From: Guillardia theta CCMP2712
Taxonomy: Eukaryota > Protista > Cryptophyta
DNA: 56,556 bases
Reading direction: 5' to 3'
NCBI RefSeq assembly: GCF_000315625.1
Contig: NW_005434529.1
Span: forward strand, 1-56,556
Shown here piece after piece: positions 22,043 to 35,553 of the stretch. Within the stretch, counting starts at the first letter, position 1; every line of letters starts with the position of its first letter. Made by a program: the position numbers and the translations under genes. The notes under the pieces were generated by a model that did not search any database, was not told the origin of the DNA, and saw nothing but the letters and a program-made list of their open reading frames with translations.

Positions 22043-25000
22043 ATGGTGCGAAGCAAGATTGTGCTGTGCCTCTTGCTCTTCTCCTTCTTCAGTACGCATC
22101 AAGTGAATTCGTTTGTTGTTTCGTTCCGTCCATCTGTGTTCAATGCTGGACAGCACGTTCAGAACCCGTCAGCGCTTCAATTACAGGTTTTGTCACGGAC
22201 ACCAGCAAGCGGAATGGCGACAGGGAACGGAGGCCCGAGTATCGATCCTCTTCTGAAAGAACTCTTCTCCTCTCATCGCAGACATGGACGCTGCTCTCTT
22301 CGCTCTGCTGGGAGGGAGAACGTCGAAGAAGTGAATCAAGGCATTTCGCTGCCAGTAGAAGAGTCGGGTGGGGGCGGGAAGGAGCCGGGGTCTGTGCATT
22401 CGTCCTCGAGCGCTCAGATCCACGAGATGAAACTACCGAAAGCTAGCGAGAGCCAGCCGAGTCAAATCAGCTTGCTCAGGAAGCCTACCCCCCGCCTGCA
22501 GAAACTTAGAGACCTGCTCTTCAAGAAAGACGTCATGGAGACGCTGACGTCGGCAGAGTTCGCGCTGAAACTTGACACCTCCGGTCTGTTCGCCAATACT
22601 GTTGGGATGGAGGCGAACGGAGTGAGAACGAGAACCACCATCGACTACGATCGCATCTTTCGCAGGCTGGGAGCGTGTTTCACCGCCATTGACATGTATG
22701 GCGCTGGTAGAATCTCGATGACCGAAGCAGAGCTGCTATCGTTGCGCGACAGACTGCTAGATATGCAGGAGCAGGTGAATGGAGATCTACACTCTATCGC
22801 TGCTTTTGTTGATTTGCACTCTCAGGTTGCAAGACGCGTCGAGGCTGGGTTTGCTGAAAGCAGCAGATCGAATATTGAAAACTCCAACGTAGACGCACAG
22901 TCAGAGGTGAAATCATCGTGTACCGTGTACCTGCATGTTGTGATTTGCATTCAAGACGGGAAGAGACAACGAAGGCGCTAGCACGTACATCAGCCAAGCA
23001 AAGTGAGTTTGCCGCTTGTGCGACCACATGTCGTGACATTCTGGACTTAGAGAATGGTTGGACAGCATGCGATCGTTTGACGTCTCAAGGTGAGATACGA
23101 TTGCTCTCGCTCCTGTCGTCTACTGCTGCTGTCCCAACTCGTCGCCTCCTGCATCCCTGTGTGCCTGGTTACGCTTGGTCAGCATCGGAGGAGTTTTGCA
23201 AGCTGCCATTGAGGGTCGAGCGAAGGAGGTTTCGAGGCTGAGCGAGGAGGAGGAGAGAGGAGTAAGTCTTGCTCAGGTTGCAGACAATGTTCGTCGGAAG
23301 GAGGAAGAGCTCAAGCCTGTCCTTCAAGTGACTCTGCTTCATCTCGCTCCCTCTTGTCTCACAACCTGCCAAGGCCTTCGTACGCGAGGATGGGTCGTTG
23401 GACTTTGACTTCGGAACTCGAGATGAGGTGGAAGGGATGGACAGAGCAGGTGTGAGGGTTGAAGTCTTGTCGCTGCAGGTTACGAGGATGGGGAAAGAGC
23501 TGTGGGCGCGTCTGAACGGGGTCCCGCCTGGTGAGAGACAACTAATATGGAGGAGACGCAGTTGACAAATTGCGCAGGTGAGGAAGCAGCAGCAAGGAAC
23601 TTGACAGCGTTGAAAGATGCTCTCTTGAATGATCCTGTTGGACTTGAGCTGGAGGTTGGTGACTTCATGCATCCTTTTCTTTCCTCGCACATGCATCTTG
23701 TTCTTCCCCATGTTGTATCTCTTTCTTGTACTTGTTCGTTTCCATTCGGTCCAAGTCTCCTCTCCTTCCTCCTTCTCCACGTAGCTTTCCTCTTTCTCTT
23801 GCTCGCTCCTCTTCTTCATCATCCGATTGATCATGGATTCAGGCCAAGGTGGTTCAAGCTCAAGATGATCTGATCATAGCAGAAGAGAGAAGAGATTCCT
23901 TGTACAGGTGACGGCGCTACACTGCCTGCCCTTGATCATGATCGCCGCCTTGTTTCTCTTCAGATCCCTTCAACGTCTTAGAGAAGGCGGCGAACTTCAT
24001 GAAGATGCGGAAAAACCGAATCGAAATCAGAAGAGAAAGTCGTCGACGCGAAGTGACCCCAAGGCCTTCAACGAGGCTCTTGCAGCGCTCATCTCTGAGA
24101 TTAGAGATTGGGAAGCTCGGGTTCAGCGAGCCGAGCAGTTCCTTGCCCTTCAAGAGGTTTCTCCTACTTCTCACTCCTTGTTTCACCTGCTCCCACTCAG
24201 CTCGTTTTCCTACCTCCCTGTTCCTCGTTCTTGCTCAGTCTTTTGTGAGCTCATTCCTTCCGCAGCTCCAGCTCGACATGGAGAGGATTTGTATCTACCT
24301 TACCTACGAGATCGAGCAGTCGGAGGAAGTGCAAGAGCAGCAGAAACTTGCTGTGGCTGAGTTTGGTAGGAGGGGGAGGGGGTGAATGTGGGGAGGAGGG
24401 GAGGAGAAGTAGAGGATTTGTGGAGTTGGGGTAAGGGGGTTGATGATTTCCCTCTCATGTGCTGGTGCAGGTCTGCTCGATGCTCAGGTCGTCACGCTAG
24501 ATCAGCTCTCCGAGACCGTCCAGGATCGCAACGCAACCAACATCTACGACAGCCTGGGAGAGGAGGACAGCGTAGGGGAGGAGGAGCATGGTGGCATCGC
24601 CTCGCAGGAGACCTTCATGTTGGACGACGTCGTGAGGAAGAGCTTCATTGACTCCAACGAGCTCTCAGGCAATGCGAGGGAAGGGGGTGTGAAGCAGGGA
24701 GAGTGAATTCTTATTGCAGTGGTTGCAAATGATGTAGCTGACCTCGCAAGACGTCTGGGGTTGGACGAGGCAAGTCATCACCTACTCAACCCTAAATCCT
24801 CTCTCCTCGCTGTCTCTGTCTCTGTCTCTGTCTCTCTCCCCCACCAACCCCCCCCCCCCCCTCCTTCTCCTTTTCCCCCTCCTCCTCTCCCCCCCTCCTT
24901 CTCATTCTCCACGACCACCACCACCACCTCCTCCTCCTCCTCCTCTCCCTTCAATGATTAGAGTGCTGATGCTCTCGTCAGATCCTTGATGAGGGTCTGC

Positions 25001-25194
25001 CGCTGGTGCCGAAGTTTTCTTTCTCGTTTCAGGCGAGAAAGGCTTATTGTCCTCTCAAGCTGTTAATAGTCTTGCAGGACGTGGGAAGAAAGTTTGCCGA
25101 CGGTGCGAGGTTCTACGTGGAGGGCAGCAAGCTGCTGGGAACGGACGTGCAGTACGCCGTCCGACTGATCATCAAGGTGCCCTCCCTCCTCCTC

Positions 25195-25227
<33 letters not shown>

Positions 25228-26473
25228 CTTCTCCTCCTCATCATCATCCTCATCCTTATCCTTATCCTACTCCTCCTTCTTCTCCTCCTCCCCCTCATCC
25301 TCCTCCGCTTTCTCCTCCTCCTCATCCTACTCCTCTTCTTCTCCTCCTCCTCTTCCTGCCGAGCCCGTCTAATGGGGAGCTTGTAGGCCGCGCTCGGAGA
25401 CACCCTCCAGCCAAGAGAGGTGCTCAATCCTCGTCCCCCTCCATTCTCTCCTCCTACTCTTGACACTCATCAACACGTGTCCGTCCCTCCTGAACTTATC
25501 CTGCTCCTTCCTCGTTCTCGCCCGCTATTGCTCTCTCCTCCCTCTCTCGTTGTCCCACCTCATCTTCTGCTCTGCATCCTTTCCCTTTCTTCACAACTTC
25601 GCAGGTCCGCACTCTCAGGAGAACAGCAAAGGACCTCATCACTTTCATCCCCTTCATCATCATCCTTCTTATTCCCCTCAGGTTTTCTTCTGACTCCTCT
25701 CAGTCACCTTCTCCGTCTCATCCTCCCTTCCTCGCAGCCCCGTCGGCCATGTCCTTGTATTCTCCTTCATCCAGGTAATCTTTATCCTGCTCTTTCTCCT
25801 TCCCCTCCTCCTCCTTCTGCTTGTCCTCCTCTCCATCTCTCCCTCCCTCCCTCCCTCCGACCTCCTTACCAACGCAAAAATACAGCGCTTCTTCCCGGAT
25901 TTCTTCCCCACCCCCTACACCGATCGCCGTCAGGTACTTCCAACTGGTGGCTACTCGACTCTGACGAGCAGCGCAGAACCTCATGAGGATTTACCAATCC
26001 GTTGAGCTTGTCATGCCGGACACCAGCAGCGGCAAGCCCAGCAACCGCATCTCCTCCTCTACCGTCCGCAGGAATCGGGGAGGAACCACCACGCAGGTTG
26101 TGTAGAGGGGGGTAGGACTGAGGGAGATGAAGGGAGGTCAGGGGGTAGGACTGAGGGAGATGAAGGGAGGTCAGGGGGTAGGACTGAGGGAGATGAAGGG
26201 AGGTCAGGGGGTAGGACTGAGGGAGATGAAGGGAGGTCAGGGGGTAGGACTGAGGGAGATGAAGGGAGGTCAGGGGGTAGGACTGAGGGAGATGAAGGGA
26301 GGAAAGGGGGTAGGACTGAGGGAGATGAAGGGAGGAAAGGGGGTAGGACTGAGGGACTCGGATGAAGGGAGGTCAGGGGGTAGGACTGAGGGACTCGGAT
26401 GAAGGGAGGTCAGGGGGTAGGAGATGCTGACGATCCAGTCTGGCAGATGCGACGAGAGCGAATGAAGAGATAA
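22043..26473 (+). CDS. Plastid-targeted LETM1-like protein
   Basis: Signal peptide ending VNS-FVV (Phe at +1). Spliced C-terminus FYVEGSKLLGTDVQYA...LQPRE|VRTLRRTAKDLITFIPFIIILLIP..PVGHVLVFSFIQ...FFPDFFP is typical of LETM1-like proteins. Confidence 0.75.
26107..26421 (+). repeat. 33-bp G-rich intronic minisatellite (GGGGGTAGGACTGAGGGAGATGAAGGGAGGTCA), ~9 copies
   Basis: Direct tandem copies inside the last LETM1-like intron. Confidence 0.92.
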
Positions 26474-27320
26474 ACTTCTAGTTACTGACTTAAGTATTCA
26501 TTCGACTGTCTGTGCCCCGTATCCCGCCGGCCGATGGTTATCCCAAACAATAAATGATGATCCACCCGGTCACGTGATTAGATGATCGCCGGAGCCACTG
26601 TCGGTGTAAGGTCAAGAGTCTGACAGTGGCTCGGGGCCGGGCCCCGGGGGTCCGATCTTATCCGATCAACTCAGTTCTTTAGAGTAAAAGTTGAGTGAAA
26701 GACTCAGGTGGATGGATTATTAGCACCTCTGTAGGACCCTGAGTCATAGCTGTTGCCATAGGAAATTTTTGATCCTAAAAGTAAGTTTTAAGAGCACTAT
26801 ACACTAAATTCTATAAGTCTTTGTAAGAAGCCCCAGGTGGGCCCAGGAGGTCCCCGGGGGTAATAATGCTTGCGAGGGTGAAGGACGGGTGGAGAGGCTC
26901 GACCAAGGAGGGGTGTCTACTCCATTTGTGTCTCGTTTCAGGAGCTGAGGTGGGTAGGTCTGAAGTGCCAGCTGAGGGTGGAGGTGGTGCATCGAAGTTG
27001 AATGTGAGGGAGTAAAGGGGCGGGGAGGGTCCCATAGAGTGAAAAGTAGTAGGGTAGTGGACGTCTACGGGGGTAGTTTGGTAGGTACGTTCTACACGGG
27101 TCCAGTTGAAGTCCCACAGCCTTGGGGGGTATATCCGTGTAGACAAGGGTTGCTACGAGGGGGTAGGGTGGCAAAGGCGGACCAAGAAAATGGAGGTAAA
27201 AATGGAGTAAAGGGTAGAAAAATATAAAATGTTTTTGAAATTTCACTTACAAACTTACTTTATAAAATATTCTAGGAATAATAACACTAATAAAACTCCC
27301 CATCCTCGTCCCCCCCGTCC

Positions 27321-28499
27321 ATGCACTCCCGTTCGACTTCAGGGCTTTCTTGTGTGGAGGAGTGCGAGGACGTTCAGCTGTCCTCTGACTCCTCCTGCAA
27401 GGATCCCACCCCTCATGGTGAAGTGGTATCGACCGAGGGGGAAGAAGTTGACACGGGAGGGGAGGGGATCATAGGCCTTGTTCAGGGAAGTCTTTCTCCT
27501 GTTCAAGGCCCGTTTGGGAAGGATTACTTGGTTGAGTATGGGGAGATGGTATCAACGGGCTGCGAAGCCCTGACATTCTCCCAATATCAACCATTCTCAA
27601 ACAACCAAGTCGTCGATGAGGATGGGCTTGTTGCTCCAGTGGGGAAATACAACCTTGAGGTGCAACATTCTCCCCTACCTTTTTTCGGCGAGCGTGGAAA
27701 TATGCTTGATGGAATCGTACATTCTTCTGGCGAACAGACTCAGACGGCAAAAGGCGATGCTTCTTCTCCAACATCATTTTGTCCTCGTTGTCCATACGAT
27801 GACATGACGCCAGAGTTGCAAGCGCTTTTCTCTTCATCCCGAAGGACGTCTTCTCCCTTGGATGCATTTGTGAGATCCGATGACGAAGAGAGTGAGAGAG
27901 TGAATTTTCCGGATGAGGAACGGATAGAGAAAGAAAATCAGCGGACCAGGGAGATCTCAACTTACGATCCTGAGTCTCCTCCTCTTTCTTCTTTTCAGTC
28001 TGCTTCTCCTCTTCCTTTGTCAGCTCCTGATGTCCATGAGGCGGTCTCCTTGTCGTTCGAGGAACATGTTTTCGAGTATGTGAGCAGGAACGCGGGTGAC
28101 GCGGTGACCAACCTGAAGAAAAAGTCTGTGAGGCGCATCATCGAGGTCAAGAAGCTGTTTGAAAGGCTCGTTCAAGAGAAAGTCATTAAATGCTCCGGCA
28201 TTGATGCAAGTATCTTCGGCTTTCAGGAGCTGCAAGTCTCTGATCTAGCGCGCTTCGTTGAGGCAGCGACTTTGATGGTGAAGAACAATGATGGCGGATG
28301 CTGGCGCGGCAACGGTGTGACAATCACGTACTGGGCTTGGCCTGTGTACGATCTTCTGCGAATGTGTGGCATCGCCCCTGCTCGTCATCATTGCAGAAAA
28401 TCTGCGAAACCGTTCAAGGCTCGTTGTTTGAACTTCGAGTCATGGAACTTCGACATGTCCCGTTTGAAGAGCAACTGCCATCGACTCAACAAAGGATGA
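27321..28499 (+). CDS. Intronless 392-aa protein; acidic S/P-rich N-terminus and an unannotated C-terminal domain (paralog of 29038-29799)
   Basis: Long clean ORF. Its C-terminal ~140 aa align by eye with the neighbouring ORF. Confidence 0.8.
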   Translation: MHSRSTSGLSCVEECEDVQLSSDSSCKDPTPHGEVVSTEGEEVDTGGEGIIGLVQGSLSPVQGPFGKDYLVEYGEMVSTGCEALTFSQYQPFSNNQVVDEDGLVAPVGKYNLEVQHSPLPFFGERGNMLDGIVHSSGEQTQTAKGDASSPTSFCPRCPYDDMTPELQALFSSSRRTSSPLDAFVRSDDEESERVNFPDEERIEKENQRTREISTYDPESPPLSSFQSASPLPLSAPDVHEAVSLSFEEHVFEYVSRNAGDAVTNLKKKSVRRIIEVKKLFERLVQEKVIKCSGIDASIFGFQELQVSDLARFVEAATLMVKNNDGGCWRGNGVTITYWAWPVYDLLRMCGIAPARHHCRKSAKPFKARCLNFESWNFDMSRLKSNCHRLNKG

Positions 28500-29037
28500 A
28501 TGGATCGATATCCAGCAGTTTACAAGCATACTTTCTACAGGCTCTTTCATGAGTTTTGGTAATCTTCTGTGCCTGGATCGGCTTTGATCAGGAAAAAATA
28601 CCAAAAAAATGATACATAAGCTTTGAGAAAATCCCCCAAACAAATGGTAAGTATGCGTCGGATGGTGTGCGTGTGCAATTCCGATAGCTAATAATTATAA
28701 TAAATCAAAAAACAACCCAAAACCTCTAAGCTGAAGCTTTATGACTCCTCCCACGCGAGATTGCTTCCAAGAGTCTCAGCCAAACGCTTCATTAGTTTCA
28801 TATACCGAGGATAAGTACATTCCTTCCTCGTTAGATGCTTACCCTTCTGCAGTTCATGCGCTGACAGGAACGAGTTATCAGGCAGAAGAACAACATTTGA
28901 GTTTTCATGTTCAAAGGAATGGTGGATCGAACTTCAATTCTTCATGTTAATTCAATTCTGATTGAGTGTTACGTTCAGCAACAACGCCTGCCGTCATTGA
29001 CAGAACGATTGCTATTCTCATGCTATGTAAACGTCAC

Positions 29038-29799
29038 TCAAGATTGTGAAAGAGACCGTTGAGAAAACAGAAGACGGCAGTTGCACTTCACCTTGTTCTC
29101 TCTGAACACATACTTTGTCAAACTTGTGTCTGCGTCAATATTCTTCATCAAAGCGCACTGGCGAAGGAGCTCACGCGTCGCCTTCATCGGCCTTTTCAAT
29201 CTTGAAAATGGCATTCCTGGTCTCCACGCTTGCACATCCCCAAATGTTGTCATGTAATCGTCGAACTTTTCTTGGTCCAGCACTAGCATGGAGCTAAAGC
29301 CGAGGATGGAGCGCGCGCCGTTGGAGCAGAGCTTGACAACGCGATCCTGCTCCCACTCTCTGACTTTCTGATGCATGCAAGAGAGGCGATGAAGTTTCTC
29401 GTCGGTCAAGTCTTCAATTCTCTTCGACATGAGAGTAGTGCGATGAACCTGGAGAAACTCCATGATGTCTCGAAGGGCTCTCTGCTCCTCAGACGTCAGC
29501 GCCCGCTCTGCATCGTGTGTCGACCAAACTTTATTTGCTTTCTGCTCAAGACGTAAAATCTCTGCTGGCATTGCCAGGCTCGCAGTCGCCAAGTGCAACT
29601 TGTCTGCGGCATGAAGAGGACAACTTTGCTGGACAAGCGGTTTCGACTGTTGAAGCACATTGTTCAGATTATGGAGAAGGAAGAGCTGAGGGTCTTGGCG
29701 AACTTCTTCACGCTGTTGAGGTGGAGGAGAGGAGGAGGAGAAGGGACTCCATACCCTCTCCTCCTCGGACTGCCAAGCGGACTCCAAGTCCACCTCCAT
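29038..29799 (-). CDS. Intronless 253-aa protein sharing the unannotated C-terminal domain
   Basis: QDRVVKLCSNGARSILGFSSMLVLDQEKF matches QEKVIKCSGIDASIFGFQELQVSDLARF of the neighbour. Confidence 0.8.
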   Translation of the reverse strand: MEVDLESAWQSEEERVWSPFSSSSPPPQQREEVRQDPQLFLLHNLNNVLQQSKPLVQQSCPLHAADKLHLATASLAMPAEILRLEQKANKVWSTHDAERALTSEEQRALRDIMEFLQVHRTTLMSKRIEDLTDEKLHRLSCMHQKVREWEQDRVVKLCSNGARSILGFSSMLVLDQEKFDDYMTTFGDVQAWRPGMPFSRLKRPMKATRELLRQCALMKNIDADTSLTKYVFRENKVKCNCRLLFSQRSLSQS

Positions 29800-29819
29800 A
29801 TCAGCTCGCTGGTTGCGAT

Positions 29820-30815
29820 GCTGTGGCCCGAGCTCGCCTCAGCCGCGAGCTAGCCAGGAACTCTGTGTTTCTTTTTACTGCGGAGTGGGTTCAAAGTTAA
29901 GTTAAAAATCAGCCTGTACGAGGATAATCCGATCGGACTGAGTCAGCCTGACCGGGCCGCCCGGCCGCGGGGGCCTCAGCCTGCGTCGGACTCCGAGGCT
30001 CAGTCGGGAGACTTGACCCTGCAAACGCATCATGGCATGAAGACCTCATGCGTTTGCAACTTCATCACTGACCTGACTCAGCGGCACGTCATCGGAGGAT
30101 GCCGCATCACGCGCCTGCTGCTTCAGTGCACGGCACGGTTTGCCGCCCGAGCCAGGTCCCGGCGGAATCTCGGCGTTTCAGTATGCTACTCAGTTTTTCT
30201 TCTCAGGCTCAAATCGGAGTTAAGTTAAATTAATACTTCGCTGTCTGACGGATCATCCGATGGCACGGGCCGGGCCGGATCATCGGATCGGACTCGCAGT
30301 CGGGATCGCCGCCGGGATCGGACAGACTCGCCAGGCCCCGCGGCCACGCCGGGCGGCGGGCCGTCACCGTCACGCGGCACCAGGCCCGAGGTCCGCCGGG
30401 CGCGGCGGCCGGCCGGGCTGCCTTGATCGGAGTAGCCTAAGTCGGATGCCGGGGCAACTAATGGCTTCACCGAGGCTACTTCAAGTTGCGGCTCAGTGAC
30501 TTGCCACTCAGCTGAGGCTCGAAGTCCCCAAGTTCAGTGCCACGCCGCGGCCGGGTGAGACGCACCGTACCGCGGCGGCGGCGACGGTGATCGACCGTGC
30601 CACCGCGGTTCAACGGTTCAACGGTTGAACTTGCTTCGCGGCCAGTCATCAGTAGTGATTGGCAGCCATTCCTGTCCGAGAGAGCTACGGTAGGACGGCA
30701 CTTAGACTCGGTGACTCGCGAAGATCGGAAGACTGAGATACTTTACAAGGCGGGCCATGCTCGGACCTAGTACCGGCGCGGTGACAGTGCCAAGTTGCGG
30801 CTGAGTCAACACCTG
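29820..30815. other. Intergenic GC-rich palindromic word block
   Basis: Words include CCGGCCG, GATCATCSGAT, CGGTTCAACGGTTCAACGGTT, CTCCGAGGCTCAG and TTAAGTTAA. Confidence 0.6.
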
Positions 30816-30984
30816 TGGCAACACACAAGACAGATGGAGGTCAGAGGAAGAGAGAGAGACGAACAATCGAACATGAATGAAAGTTGCAAAGGATCGAGCA
30901 CATTCATCTTTCAGGCCTCATCACATTCCAAAGCTTTGAGCGAAATGCAACTTTAGTTCAGTTCTCACTGATGCTCTCAGCTGC

Positions 30985-31647
30985 TCAGTAACGACAGGCA
31001 GGATTCGACTCTAGCACGCAACCCTCCTCTGCTCCCTCATAAACTCTCTGGGATCCATCGATCCCTCCTGAGTTATAGACGGACACGTAGAAGGCTGCGA
31101 GGAGGAGGATGCCAACGAAACCAGCCTTGAAAGAGTTCTCGTTGGCAAACAGGTTCACCGAGTCCCACTGGATCAGCCGCATGTCAACTCATCACCAGCA
31201 TACGATCAAGTCAAGTTTCACCTCCTGCTGCCGGATTGGATCCATGGGCCGTTGCGATCCCGTGCTCTTGTCGAAGAGGCTCCTGCCATTCAGCCAACCT
31301 TGAGCATCCTTCACACGTTCTTCTCTGGTGTAGATTGGTGTTGGCACGTCCTCGAATGAACCCTTCTTGACTCCCGAGTCGTAGCTCTTTGCGTTCTTCC
31401 ATGCATCGTCCTCTGATCTCCTTCCCTCCTCCTCCCCCTCGGGCTCGCCGCCTGCTCTCAATCCCACTGTGCCGGTTCGCTGCAGTTTCCCGCGGGCGCT
31501 CAGACCAACAAAGAACGTCTGTCGCTGCATCGAGCAAGGAGAGGTCGAAGTCCATAACCCTGCATGATGATGAAACGCGTCGGCACAAGGAGCACATGCT
31601 CCGATCACCATCCCCACCATCCCAAGCGCCAGCGCTCCCTTTGCCAT
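30985..31647 (-). CDS. Two-exon plastid-targeted single-TM protein of unknown function
   Basis: Signal peptide ending ADA-FHH plus a Ser/Arg-rich transit peptide. One GT-AG intron joins RQQE|WDSVNLF. TM helix GFVGILLLAAFYVSVY. Confidence 0.75.
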
Positions 31648-31973
31648 GCCGCACTTGTACGTGGTTTGCGCAACCGTTACAAGGCGTTATTTTCTCTCTC
31701 CTGGGCGCAGGCACTGAGTCACGGCTCCCTGCCACCCGCCGGTGATCGGACCACTGGCGGGTGACTGCCGTCGGCCGGGCCCGGTGGCACATGATCGGCA
31801 CTGCGGCAGTGACTGTCCGATCACCGACCACACTGACGGCCCAGGCTGCCGTGATGACTGTCGGAGAGCACTGAGAGTCGGCCCGGAGAGTCGGAGGGGG
31901 TGGAAGCCTTCAGGGAACGAACGAGGTTTAGGCTTCATTGGTTCTAGTCTCACATGGCACACGCGCTCCTCCT

Positions 31974-35059
<3,086 letters not shown>

Positions 35060-35145
35060 CTACAAGAAGGTCAGGTACGGTCTCACTTGATGCGATCTGA
35101 TATCCATATAGTCTAGACGTCTGGTTGCTTCTTGTCTCTATCCTT

Positions 35146-35176
<31 letters not shown>

Positions 35177-35553
35177 ACTTACACTTCAGCCAACAGGACA
35201 AAGTGCCCCCTGCCTTGCTCGTATCTTCCTCTTCCTCTTCATCTTATCCAATCCAAAGCAAGATTCACCCTCCTCCTCTCTCTGCCCCTTGTCCTCGCTC
35301 CCCCTCCCCCTCCTCGCTCCTCCTCTCCCTCCTCGTCCTGCACACTGTCCTCCTCGTCATCGGCATTTTCCACGCACGTGCCGGTGGAACCCTGCTAGTA
35401 TCCGAGCCCTCATCCCCCTACACTCCTTGTATGTCATCAAAATCGACCCCTGCAATCGACCCCTCATACAGCCCTCGATCCACCTCGTTCCTCATCGCCC
35501 TCATACCCATTCTGTAGTGTCGGGGCGACGCAGGGGGCGACGGTCGGGCGAAC

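Noticed and set aside
26127-26402. ORF of MKGGQGVGLRE repeats
   Set aside because: Translation of the intronic 33-bp minisatellite.
30225-30499. Pro/Gly/Arg-rich ORFs in the GC-rich intergenic block (likewise 55350-55877)
   Set aside because: Stop-poor by composition, with no codon or domain signal.
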